From: Blastocystis sp. Blastoise
Taxonomy: Eukaryota > Protista > Bigyra: Opalinata
Reading direction: 5' to 3'
Assembly (NCBI GenBank): GCA_039096225.1
Contig: JBBPEB010000012.1
Coordinates: 1-64,000, forward strand
Length of the DNA: 64,000 bases
The notes beneath the pieces were generated by a model, which did no database searches, was not told the origin of the DNA, and saw only the letters and a program-made list of their open reading frames with translations. The position numbers and the translations under genes are program-made. Shown piece by piece: positions 14,951 to 28,200 of the stretch. Within the stretch, counting starts at the first letter, position 1. Every line of letters starts with the position of its first letter.

Positions 14951-16117
14951 ATCATTTTTGATGTTTTTTCTTCGTTATTTTTTATTATTTCTTATTATAT
15001 ATATTCAATACATTGTGAATAACTTTTATTTTTAACTTATTAATAAGAAAAATATACTAATCTTTGAGAATCAGTGTTTTCATGTATTCATTTTAATCAA
15101 ATAAACAAGTTAGCAAGTAGATAGAATAGAATAATACATTTATAAATGATTTAATACGTTTTATCATTCAAAAATAAAAATAATACATTTATATAATAAA
15201 AAGTTTCACAAGATATTTACATAATGTTTTTTATACAATTTTACAAACTATTATTTTTATCATTTCCTCTTTTAATCCTATAAAATTCATTTATGTATAT
15301 CTTTAATATTGATAAACATTATATAACAATTTATACTCAAAAGTGACAACATTATTAAAATGGAATCACTATAATTGTCTTTATTATGTATTTTAAAATC
15401 TACTAATGAAGAGTACACATAAAATATTCATTAGAAAATAATAAATTATATAATTATATTCCATATTCATAGAATAAAATGAAAAATAAAAAAGGATAGC
15501 CAAAGTGTTTTGCAAAAAGTAACGAATACAAATGAATGAAGAGTTTCTGAATATTGTTTGCTGATTCATGGGAAAAGTCGTAGTGACGTAAAATAACAAT
15601 CTTTTTATATAGAAAAATACAGCAAATTTTACTATTTTTTATGACTCGTTTTGATAACATAGCTTATAAAGAATATCTTATTTAAAAACTAGGTAAATAG
15701 CGAGGAATTCTTAGAAGAATTCTTTGCTTATAAATTCCAATAGGTTTTCATCGTTTTTAGACTTGACTGTAGACACTGTAGAATTCTCTCTTGACTAATA
15801 AGATCATTTTTACTGATTTGTTGGGAAATACCGAAACTATAGCTATAACGATTTTTATACTATTTTCAAAACAGTTGAATTAGCAACTTTTTTATAATCA
15901 GTCAATTTATGTATAATACAAGAGAAATAGTGGTAAAATACGAGAGTTGCTATTCATTAATATTCTATATAGACATTCTAATAATTGTGTTTCTTTCCCG
16001 ACTTGAGTTGTCAGTTTTATGATATCTGCTAATTGTTCATATCATTATGTGAATTGATGGAAAGAAACGATAAAGGAAAAAAAGAAGAAAAATTGTTAGA
16101 AATACCCAAAAATATTA

Positions 16118-16353
16118 CTGGGTTTTCCATAATTTTTCATAAAAATTTCAAAACTTTTAGTAAATTTTTCAAAAATTTTGGTATTTTTTCATAATTTTTC
16201 GTTTTTTTTCAAAACTATTTCAATTTTTTCCATAATTAATTACTTTTTTCCAGAAGAGTTTCGTTTTTTTTCAATAAAAATTCATTTTTTTTTCATAATA
16301 ATTTCATTCTTTAATAACTTTTTTAAAATTATTAGACTTGTATATTTTTTTGA
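16118..16353. repeat. Left terminal inverted repeat (~236 bp)
   Basis: Reverse complement of 17668-17904. The outer 22 bp are perfect, with scattered mismatches inside. Confidence 0.9.
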
Positions 16354-16412
16354 AAAACTAAACAACATTTGAAGACTTTTTAAACAACTTCAACACAAAA
16401 TTAAGTTTTAAA

Positions 16413-17621
16413 TTAAGTTTCAATCACTTCATTGTTCAAACAACGACTATGATACGAGATTGAATGACGTTCCCAACCTAAAACATTCTCAATAGTCATA
16501 CAATCATTCATTCTAAACTTAACCATCTCCTGAATTAGGAAATAGCGATATTCGGTGAGATTCATTTGATGTTGTTGAGCCTCAGCAAGAATATGTTCTT
16601 TACTCCAATCAAATGAAGAAATACTCTCACGAGCCTTCCATTTAATGGCAGAAAAGCATTCTTCAATAGGATTAAGAAAAGGCGACCAAGGAGGGAGAAA
16701 CTTGTAAAAAACATTTTTTTCACGGAAAACATCAAGAATTTCCGTGGTTTTATGAATGCTACAATTGTCTAGAATGACACAGCATGGCTTATTGGTATGC
16801 ATCATGTTTAACTTATCACAAAGACCAATCAAAAATTCTTTAAAAGAATCTGAACCAACAGAATTCTTAAAAAATTGATGATAAACATAACCAGAGATAC
16901 TTGAGATTCCAAGAACCAATGAAACATTACAAAATCGTTGCCCATCCACAACGAGAATCGCGGGTTGACCCTTAATTGAGCGGCCAAATGTTCGTTTTTC
17001 CCAGAGATTAAAACCAGCTTCGTCAACGTATACAAAATTATACGCATTGCTGTTTTGGCTAAACCATTGGGCAAATTCTTTTCGTAAGCCAATAGTTCTT
17101 TCAGTATTTCTGTCACATGGAGACAACTGGATTTTTTTTGAAGTATATAGAAGGCCTTCCAAGACGCGATGAATCGTGGTTATTGACGGAATTTGGCTTT
17201 CTGGAAATTGATTGACTAGAGTACCCTTTATTTTTCGTAAAGTAATAGCAGGATCTTCATCCACCATTTTAATAATAGCAGACTTTATTTCATCAGTAGT
17301 GACTTTGATTGGACGGCCGACAGTTTTGGTAGGGACAGAATCATTACGGGGATTTCGACTTTTGCTAAATATTGACCTAGCTGTAGAGATTTTGACATCA
17401 AGGGTTTTTAGAAGCGTTTTTATATCTTCAGGATGCTGCTCAAAGCAACGGATAATTGCATCTTTCATTTCTTTCGTAATCTTTTGATATTTACAACCTT
17501 TTCTCATAGAATTACGTCTTTGAGTTGCACCACTGTTATTGTCAACGACCTCTTGTTGAGTTGAATCTCCTAAAACCACATTTTGACCACTGATTCCGTC
17601 ACCAGTATGATTATTTTCCAT
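16413..17621 (-). CDS. Tc1/IS630-family DD34E transposase, 402 aa, intronless
   Basis: HTH-like N-terminus with a GRP motif. Catalytic triad in FVYVDEAGF, VILDNCSIH and LPPWSPFLNPIE, with 34 residues between the second D and the E. Confidence 0.95.
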   Translation of the reverse strand: MENNHTGDGISGQNVVLGDSTQQEVVDNNSGATQRRNSMRKGCKYQKITKEMKDAIIRCFEQHPEDIKTLLKTLDVKISTARSIFSKSRNPRNDSVPTKTVGRPIKVTTDEIKSAIIKMVDEDPAITLRKIKGTLVNQFPESQIPSITTIHRVLEGLLYTSKKIQLSPCDRNTERTIGLRKEFAQWFSQNSNAYNFVYVDEAGFNLWEKRTFGRSIKGQPAILVVDGQRFCNVSLVLGISSISGYVYHQFFKNSVGSDSFKEFLIGLCDKLNMMHTNKPCCVILDNCSIHKTTEILDVFREKNVFYKFLPPWSPFLNPIEECFSAIKWKARESISSFDWSKEHILAEAQQHQMNLTEYRYFLIQEMVKFRMNDCMTIENVLGWERHSISYHSRCLNNEVIET

Positions 17622-17667
17622 TTTTGAGAGTCTATTTTAAAAAAGAATTATAAAATATATGTATTCG

Positions 17668-17904
17668 TCAAAAAAAATATACAAAACTATTAATTAATAA
17701 AAAATTATTAAAAAATGAAATTATTATGAAATTTTTTTGAATTTTTATTGAAAAAAAACGAAACTCTTCTGGAAAATAGTAATTAATTATGGAAAAAATT
17801 GAAATAGTTTTGAAAAAAAACGAAAAATTATGAAAAAGTTTCAAAATTTTTGAAAAATTTACTAAAAATTTTGAAATTTTTGTGAAAAATTATGGAAAAC
17901 CCAG
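17668..17904. repeat. Right terminal inverted repeat (~237 bp)
   Basis: Reverse complement of 16118-16353. Confidence 0.9.
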
Positions 17905-18574
17905 TATGTTGCAAGTTATGGAGAAGAGTAGTACAATTATGGGAAAAAACGATTCTATTCTTTTCTTCATTTTTTAATGTAATAAGAAAAATTATAAAGT
18001 ATTAAATGGCTTTAAAGTGAACTATAAAATGTATAGATGCTATATTATTCATATGATTCAGATTTATGATAATCATCAAGTTTTCATAGCAATAATTATC
18101 ATTAAAATAAATTAATTGATTTCAAATAATATGCAAAATGTTTTAAATAATATAATGAATTAAAAATAACTCACTAAAACAAACAATTAAAAAGTAAAAT
18201 TGACTTAAAATACTTTTCTTCTATTTGACTGATAAAATACTATCTAATTTATCACATAAACTTTTATATACTCATTACACTACTCCTCTAACTAAAATAT
18301 TAAATGAATTATTTCAAAATTAATTAATTGTTTTCAAATTCATATCTTAAACAACAAATAACTTAATAATTCAAATATAAAACCTTCTAACACTATAAAT
18401 AACACATAACTCCCAAAACAACAAAGAAATCAAAGAAAATTCAACCAAACACATTTTAAACAACACAAACCATTTTTTCACTGAGATTCTAACAAATAAT
18501 TAAGAGAATCTTCTTGTTTTCAAAACACTTTTGTTTTTTTCTGATAATTCATCTTATAATTCTTATTTAATTAA

Positions 18575-21500
18575 ATGAGAATATTATATCTACTTTTATT
18601 CATCTATACTACATGTTTAGCAGTTAATTCTGGAAAAACACTAGGTATGTTTTTTCAATTCTCTTAATTCCATAATATTTCACATAATTGAATAGGTAAA
18701 TCAAGAGAATTGCCTGCACAAGATTGTATGATAAAGCAAGGAGGTGATTATTATTTTGATTCTGAGTATGTTTGGATAGGAAAAGATCGTAATGAAGTTT
18801 ATCTTGTATGTAATGATACATAAATAGAATTCTAGAATCATTTATAAATTTATTTAGACTTATTGTTATCATTTTCAAGGTCAAATGTGGGAAATGTTTT
18901 ATTCGAATTCCAATAATGACTTTATAACAGATAAACGAAGTTATATAGAACATATATCGGATCCTACAGGCTTTAAGAACATAGAGAATAATTCATTCAG
19001 AGATTACGACGTAATTGGTATGATTTTTATAATTTATTTATTTCTATAAATATGAAATTTATGATTATTATCATCATATTTATCTATAAAAATAAATATA
19101 AATTAAAAATATATTTCTATAGGTTCCCTTCCTATTTCGTTATTGCCAGGAACATCGTTAAAGTTGTTAATATTGAATATAAATGGTTGGTCTGATGATG
19201 AATATTTCATAATGACTTTTCAAAAGTATTCTACATTTAATGAATTCATAACAAATCAATGGCCTTATGATTCTTGTCAATCACTTCCTGGAGGTGAATA
19301 TATTGAAATACAAACAAAATCAGTCACTTATAAGTATATATATAATATACAATTATTATTATTATTACTATATATAGAGTATATGCATTATATGTTGATG
19401 AGAAAGGATTTGGTATTCGTGATTGTATTATTCATTATACAGATAATTTTATTACAAAACAACCTTCAAATTATCCAAAGTATATTATATATTATATTTA
19501 TTTATATATTATATATATATAGATATATATATTCAAATTTATATTCAAAAGAAGATAGAGTAGAAACAGTATGTGATAAAGTGAATGATTATGCTGATAA
19601 TAATATTCGAATTTTTGTTGCTACTTCTCGTATATTTATATATAATTAATGAATATAATTCTATATAGCTATAATATATACAATGAGTACCTATTATGAT
19701 TATACTGCTGCAGGAGATGGATGTTGTTTCGTAGAGGATATTACTGATGATTTCCATAATAATGAAGTGATTTCTCGATTATGTTGTTTAGATCCCCAAG
19801 GGAATACTGACTTTCAGAAATGGGGAAGTTCTAAAGAAACTGGATTCGTTGAATCAGAACTCAATGATTATGATCTTCCTGTGTATATATATATATATAT
19901 ATAATATTTTTTTTTATTCTTTTTATAGTGCATCTATGAATTCTACATATGCTACCTTCAATACATGGTTTACAGAAAGTAATAATTCTTATTCTTTCTC
20001 TTTTCCTCTTATTGGTATTATTGGTACCAAAAACCTTCTTACACTCAACTAGTATATATATATATATTCTATAATATTCTATATCTTCTAGTCCTACTTA
20101 TTTTCCTTTAACAGATGTAAAAGGAGGATATGCATTAAGTCCAATAGAAGAATATATTGGTAAGAAATGTTGGTTTACTATGAAAACAAATCTATTCTTC
20201 TTGTATATTATTATTTTATATTTATATAATATTATTATATATATAGATATGAGAATAGAACAGATCAATTTATAGATTTTGAAACGAATAATGGATTATG
20301 GGTTTTTATTAATAAACATTTATTCTTAGATTATGGAGGGTATATATATTATATATATATTATTATTATTATTTATATAGTTATAATACTCCAGTTGGTT
20401 CTCATATTAATATAACGAATTATGCAGATAAATTAGGTCTTATTCCTGGAATCACCTATTCTATATCTATATTCTTTGCTTCTAGAACATGTGGAACTCA
20501 ATCAAGTATACATAATAATTAAAATAATATTATTCTATAGATTCTATATCTCGTTTTATAACTCAAACGAATTTGACATTTCTCTGTGATGCTCCTCTTC
20601 TCTCTAAAGTAGTTTCTATGATTATTGATAAAGAAGATACTACAACTATACCAAATATGAATAATACTATTAATCTCTCTGGAAATAGTTATAGTAGTAC
20701 TTTAAATAGTGAAGGAGAAAATCTTTATTATTGTACAAGAGATTTCCAAAATATTCATATTCAACAACAAGTATATACATATTTTATTAATATATATATA
20801 TTTAGACTGTATCTCTTAATAAAACATCAATATTTGGATATCATATTTATATGTATGAAATACTTCAATTTAAATCAAATATCTATTTAGGTATATATAT
20901 ACTATATATTATATTATATATATATAGAATCCATATCTCCATTTTGTATTCTTCTTCATCCTTATATACAATACTCTTCTTCTATTCCTGTAATAAACCC
21001 TGATATTCCTTATAATAATATACTTCAATCTCGATGTTTCTCTCAAACTAATTCTTATATATTCTTCTTTAATGAAAATAGTATATAAATATATAATAAT
21101 ATTAATAATAATAAATATATAGTTCTTCAAGTCTATTTACCTGGTGATACTCCTCCTACAATGAAATCTCCTTCTATAATCACTTCAGTATCCTATTCCT
21201 TCTATAATAATGGACAATTAACTCTACAGTTGATCTCTAGATATAATCAACTTCATCTCTATCTCTCTAATAAACATACTCTTAATATCAATCTTGTATC
21301 ATTCTATATATTATTATTATTATTATTATATTTATAGGATTCTGTCTCTCATTTATCATCAGGATATTATTTAGAAATTATTTCACCAGAAAATGTATAT
21401 ATTAATAAGAATAATAATATAATTATATTGAATAGGGTATCCAATTGATATCTCCTACAGTATCAACGATTCCTTTGACTTCTACTACTATTACTCTTTC

Positions 21501-24500
21501 TGAATATCCTCTCTTCTTCACGAGTACTGCAGGATCTATATATCCACTTCAATTATTCCTTAATAGTCGATGTGGACAAATACCTATAGATATCGATCTC
21601 GAACAACGAATTAAAGTCACTTTTATTAGTGATCGAAAGGGTATATTTATTATTTATATTTATTTATTATTCTATATATATATATAGTTCCATCTCTTCC
21701 TACATATACCTTCTCCTATCTTTCTTCTTCTTCTCTTTATTTATATTTAAAAGCTATCTATGTAGCTATATATGATATTTATATAACAGTAGATGGTATT
21801 CCTATTCATTATTCTCCATTTTTATCTGCATGGACAGTAACTCATGGTTCTCTTCTTCCTTCAAATACTATTTTTATACCACCAAATAAAACTACTACTG
21901 TTGGTATTATTCGTATATATTTATTTTATTTATATAATAATAATAATAATATATATATAGATGATTTTGAAATATATTTTCGTGATGAATATAATAATAC
22001 AGTTCCTACAACATTATTTACAGGAACAATTCTATTAAATACAGATCAATCTTATTTCTTTACTTCAAAAGAAGGTATTTTATATATTTATTATTATTAT
22101 ATATATATAGATCCATTACATGAAAAATTAATATATCAATTTGTTTCTTATACTTCAGAATCTGTTTATTTTAGATGGATGTATATTTATATAATTATAA
22201 ATAAATTTATAATAATATTTCTATAGTGTGAATGGTTTATCTGTGATTAATACTCCATTCCAATTATCAGTATATAGTGATGTTCCTTCTTATCTCTACT
22301 CTTCTATCTCTACTATCTATTCAATTATTCCTTTATATAGAAGTGTTGATGTATATATATAATAATAATAATAATAAAAATAATATATATAGTTTACATT
22401 AATAGTAAGAGATCGTTATTATAATTTAGTGAATCAGAATAATTTTATAATAAAATTATATGTAACATCTTCAGAAGGATTTGATATTCCTTTATTTCCA
22501 GGTGAATCCGATCAATTCTTTAGTTATAGAATCACTATGGATTCTACTTCACAATATACATTATCCATTCGTTTCTTTCGTGAGATTTCTAATGGTCATT
22601 TATATGTACGTCTTCTCAATCAAGAAGAAGAAGATATTGATAAGATTAATTCTTATATATATTGTACTATTCAAAGTAGAATTAGTCCTAATGATTGCTC
22701 GAAAACTGAAATCTATATATCCTTTTATTTTATTTTATATTATATTCTCTCAATAATAATATTATATATATTTCTTAATTCTACTTTTTACAGTCCTATT
22801 AGTTTTGCAGGTACATTAACGTATATGTATATATATACAAGAGATATATATGATGATGGATATTGTTTAGATAATCGAAGAGATAAATATAAAGTGTATA
22901 TTAAAGGTGATGGAGAAGTATATTTATATATTTATATTATAATAAATTATTATTATATATAGTATACTCAGAAATCCTTTTATTCATTTTCAACATCTCC
23001 TTCTCTTGATATATATACACAAGAATATCAATATACTTCTATTTGTCCTCTTTATACATTTATTCAATTACCTTCAAAAGTTAGAAATATAACTGTGAAA
23101 ATAGATTGTTTATCTGAAGATAATATTTGGTCCTCTTTAGAATGGAATATCACTACTATACCTTCTACTGAAATGTATATTATTTATTTTATTATTCTCT
23201 TATATATATATATATAGTACATCTACAATAAAAGTAACTCATGATTCTCTTTATACTGCTGGTGATATTATTCCTATAAACATCAAATTCTTTGATATGT
23301 AATTAATTATTATTCATTTATATATTATTTATAGATATAATAATTCAGTAATTAATTTACAAAGTGTGTATAAAATATGTGATTATAGTTATGTAGAAGG
23401 TATATTTAAATATATATAATTTGAATATAATTTTATATAGATCGAAATACTTATTATGATGTTATGAATCCAGATTCAATAAGTCTTCTTAGTACATGTT
23501 CTATACCTGCTAAAGTATCAGGATTCCATAAGATTTCATTGATTACATTAGTTTCTGGAAATATCTATGAATCTTATCTAAGTAAATATATTTATATATA
23601 TATATATAATATCTATAATAGCTGTTGTTCCTGGTACTCTTTATATTGCTCATACTGATATTCATGGGACTGGAATTGAATTTGCTTCTTATTGTGATTC
23701 TACTAATATTTCTATTTGTGGAGATATCTATATGAATTTAAAAGTATTTAATTATTATTATATATATATATATATATTTATAATAGGATGAATATTTTAA
23801 TTCATTGAATGCTACATATTATATTGAAGAAGGTGGATATTCAAAAGAAGATCCTTCTTTTTCTATATATAATCATGAAGGAGAATATATTGATATAGAT
23901 ATTCGACGAGCTGATACTTTAGAAGATACTCCTTTCACTGTAGATAAACATATACTCAATAATACTATTCATATTCATTATATTGTTGAAATGTCTTCTA
24001 TTATTGGTCTTACTGAATCAGAATATCCTTATTTATATATACGTCTATTCTTTCAAAATAAACAAGATAATCTATTCTCTAAAGATATTCCTGTTACTCT
24101 ATCTTCTCTTCCTTATTCTCTATTCATGTATATATTTTATTATTTTTTAATTATTTTATATATATTTATAGATTAACATCTCCTCTTAAATTTCATGTAT
24201 CATCGATATTAAATGTCAATTTAGAAACAGATCCATTCTTTTCATTTCAAATATTTGATGAAAATCAACATATTATTACGGGTCAACAATCTAATCTTAA
24301 ATGGTATTCTATTATTATTATATAAATATAAATATAAATATAGGATAAATATAGATGAAGATTATTATGATGGAATCATGTATATAGTTGAAACTACATC
24401 ACCTGGTACTTATAAATATCCTTTTATATATATATATATTAATAATAATAATTAAATACTATTATTTTCTTTAATCTATATACAACTATACCTCATCTTC

Positions 24501-25179
24501 CTACTGCTCGTAATTATACGTTTATATTATTATATAATAATATGCCTATATTGGATACATCAGTGACAATTACTACATTCACATGTTTAAAGTATTCTTT
24601 ATCATCAACCTATTCAGGAACATTCAGTATGGGATTTGTACCTGAAATAAGAAGAGAATTAGATGTTATTGTTAAAGATATTCATAATAATGAAATGTAT
24701 GTTGTTTTTAAATAATATTTATTATTATATAGTCCTATTCCTATAAATCAACAATTCAATTTAACTTCTTCTCCTCCTCTTCTCTATTCTTATACTCTCA
24801 ATAATAATCATATTCATGTATATATATAATAATAATATATAATTAATATATTATATATATAGTTTCTAATAGATTCTCCTCTTCATCTTTTTTCTTATCG
24901 AGATCTATATACTATTACTATTTCTACATCATTTGAAGATCAACCCTATATTGAAATACTTACTACTACTACTTATGCTTATCCTAATATGAGTATATAT
25001 ATAATATATAATATATAATATTATTATATAGATCTTCTTGGATCTCCTTCTTATTTACTTTGTCCTGATGAATTAACTACAGGAATAGAATTCAATTGTA
25101 CATTTCATCCACGAGATATTTATGGTAATGATATTAATCCTACTTATATTCAACCATTCTTAAAATCAACATGTATATA

Positions 25180-25213
<34 letters not shown>

Positions 25214-28200
25214 AAGTGATTGATTCTAAGGGTAATAATCTTAATGTATGTGATTTACCTTATTGCACAGGGAATAAACCAGCTATCTTTATTTTTGATC
25301 ATAATACTATTTATACAAAGTATATATTATATATATTATATTATTATTATATTATATAGAATGTATTATATTGATGCTGATACATACACAATAACATTTT
25401 CTCTTGAGCAAGTTCATTATGAACAACAATTTCAATTGATTATTTCTCCATCAATTATGGACCCTCAACAATCATTTATTCATTTCCCTTCTAATAATAA
25501 TCCTATTCCTGTTCCTAATTATGAAGATTATGGAAAAAATGGTATTTATTATATATATTATTTTATTATATATATAGAATTATTAGATGATGAAGGAATT
25601 AATAAAAGTATATATATATATATTTATTATAGTTATTATTTATATATATAGCTTATATAGCTGGTAATCAAATTTTCATTCATGTTCATCTCTTTGATAT
25701 ATCTTTTATATTATATATATATTATATTATTATCTAAATAAATATTTTCTTAATAATCACTCCTTTAATAATACAATAGAAGAAAATATATCAAAAGAAT
25801 TATATATAGAAATATATAAGAATGAAACTCGTATAGAAACTGATAGGTATATATATTTATTATTATTATAATTATTATATAGTTATGCAATATTAATTTA
25901 TGGAAATGTATATGTATTTTCGTTATATTTATATACAATTGGAAACTATGATATATATGTAAAACGATCAGGAGTAGCTTTATTAGTATTTATATATATA
26001 TTATATTCTATATATATATGAATAGAATTCTCCAATACAAGCTATTATAAAACCATCAGAAGCTACTTCCTATATATATTCCTGTTCTCCCTTAGAGAAT
26101 GAAGATAAGTTACCTGATGAATTATGTAGTATACATGGATTAAGAGAAAATGTATATATTTATATATTACATTATATTATATATTAATAGACAAAAGGAT
26201 CATTCTTATTATCTACTGTAGATATATATGAGAATCCTGTATATACCTATTTTGACACAAATCTATTCTCTATGGCTATTACATCTTCTGTATATTTATA
26301 TATATAATATATATATTATTATTATTCTATATAGTCGAATACAATGTTTATTCCACCTCATTTAACTGTTCAATTATATGATAAAGAACTTGGTATATAT
26401 ATAATAATATAATAAAATATAATATTTATATATAGGTCAATATTTAATAATTTATAATGATTTAACTTCTACTCATCCTGGAAATTATATCCTATTTATA
26501 TAAATATAAATATATTTAAAAAATGAAAATTATTTTCTTTAATGAATATACTAACTGAATATACACTTCAATTATATTATAATTCAACTTCTCCTTTTCC
26601 ATTATTAAAGATTCAACTCTATCCAGCACAAATCAGATATCAATCTACAAGTATTCTTATTATATAAATAAATGAATATAAATAAATATAGTCCTTAAGA
26701 ATGATGATTGTGAACGTGTGAATACAACTTGTTCTATATATGTATATCTTTATGATATATATGAGCGTCCAATAGAATTTGATGCCTATTCTATTTCTAT
26801 TGAAATGGATGTATCACTGGATATAGAGGGTGATGGAAATCTTATTCTTCATACTGAACTATTCCCTTGTATATTTATAAAGGATTCCTATACTTGTGAA
26901 TATAAATTAATCTATTCTGGTGATTATATATATTATCCTATTATTAATAATCATCCATATCTTCAATATCATTATCTATATCCTTTATATTATATATAAT
27001 ATTATTTATAATAATAATAATAATATATTTCTATATATTTCTTAATAAACTTACTTCTCTTTCTCCCTTAGAACCTGAATATACAAATACATATATATCA
27101 TTTATTTCAGAGAGTACTTCTCTATATACAGATGTGACTATGATTATTAAGATTCGTGATGCATTAGGGAATTTATTAGATATTAATACATCTAATAAAA
27201 CTCTATTTGCTATTATTACTCTTGATTCAAGTGGAAAACAAAGATCTGTATGATTTCATATATATTTAATAATAATTATTTCATAAAATTTCTATATAGC
27301 TTCGATTGACTATTCCTTTCAAATCTCAGACTCCTTATATACATAGTTTAACTATATTATCTCCTTTATATGGTTATGGATCTATAGATTTTTATTTAAC
27401 AGATATTACTTGGGATGATCTTACAAATACAGAAATCTATACAAAGATATTATTAGGTACTCAACCAAATCTTGTTTTCCTTCCTTCTTTATGTAAACAG
27501 CATTCTTCTCTTAGTCCTTATATGTGTTATAATAATATGAATGGTGATTACATAAAGAATCCTATAGAATTCTTTGATAATGGACAAACTATTCATTGTG
27601 TTTCTGATTGGAATGATTGTCATAATAGTCTTACTTGTCCTCTAGGAATGGAAGCTTGTATGAATCGTGAATCTGAAGATATTCATATAGGTTGTCAACA
27701 AGATATTCATAATTGTACTTGTCATGGATATATATGTGAAAATGGAGCTTGTGTAGATAATTATATGAAGTATATAGATTGATTTTATTTTTTTAACTAA
27801 TATAATATAATATAATATATTTTTAGATGTCCTTCTTTTCCTATACATGATACAAATAAAGTAATATGTGTTGATGGAACAATAGCTATAAATAAGCAAA
27901 TGTGTCCTCAACAAGTTCATTGTCCACCTTCTACAATTACTTGTGGAGATCTAGTTACTTGTGCAGTATCTATAGAAGAATGTAATCAATATAAAAACTC
28001 TATTCAATGTCCTTCTTATGCTCCTATTTTATGTTGGGATAAAGTATTTTATATGATTTTATTATTATTATTAATAATATATATATAAATAGAAAAGTTG
28101 TGTTATTGATCCAATTGAATGTCCTTCTCTTCGTTTTTGTCCTAAACCACTTATTTTATGTCCTGATGGAATGTGTACACATAAGTATATATATATTATA

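Larger units (their letters stand above)
16118..17904 (-). mobile_element. Full-length IS630-Tc1-mariner DNA transposon (DD34E), 1,787 bp
   Basis: Begins CTGGGTTTTCCATAATTTTTCA and ends TGAAAAATTATGGAAAACCCAG. TA TSD at 16116-16117 and 17905-17906. Long TIRs flank a single transposase ORF. Confidence 0.95.

Noticed and set aside
16829-17487. Alternative ORFs 16829-17116 (-) and 17212-17487 (+) inside the transposase
   Set aside because: Shadow ORFs with no motif support.
16057-17977. Removing the Tc1 element and one TA restores a 43-codon ORF (MERNDKGK...FFIF*)
   Set aside because: Too short, and no recognisable homology; easily chance.
21296-21337. GTATCATT intron as a GT-AG U12 candidate
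   Set aside because: Lacks CC at +5/+6 and a branch box; ends in an ordinary TATAG.
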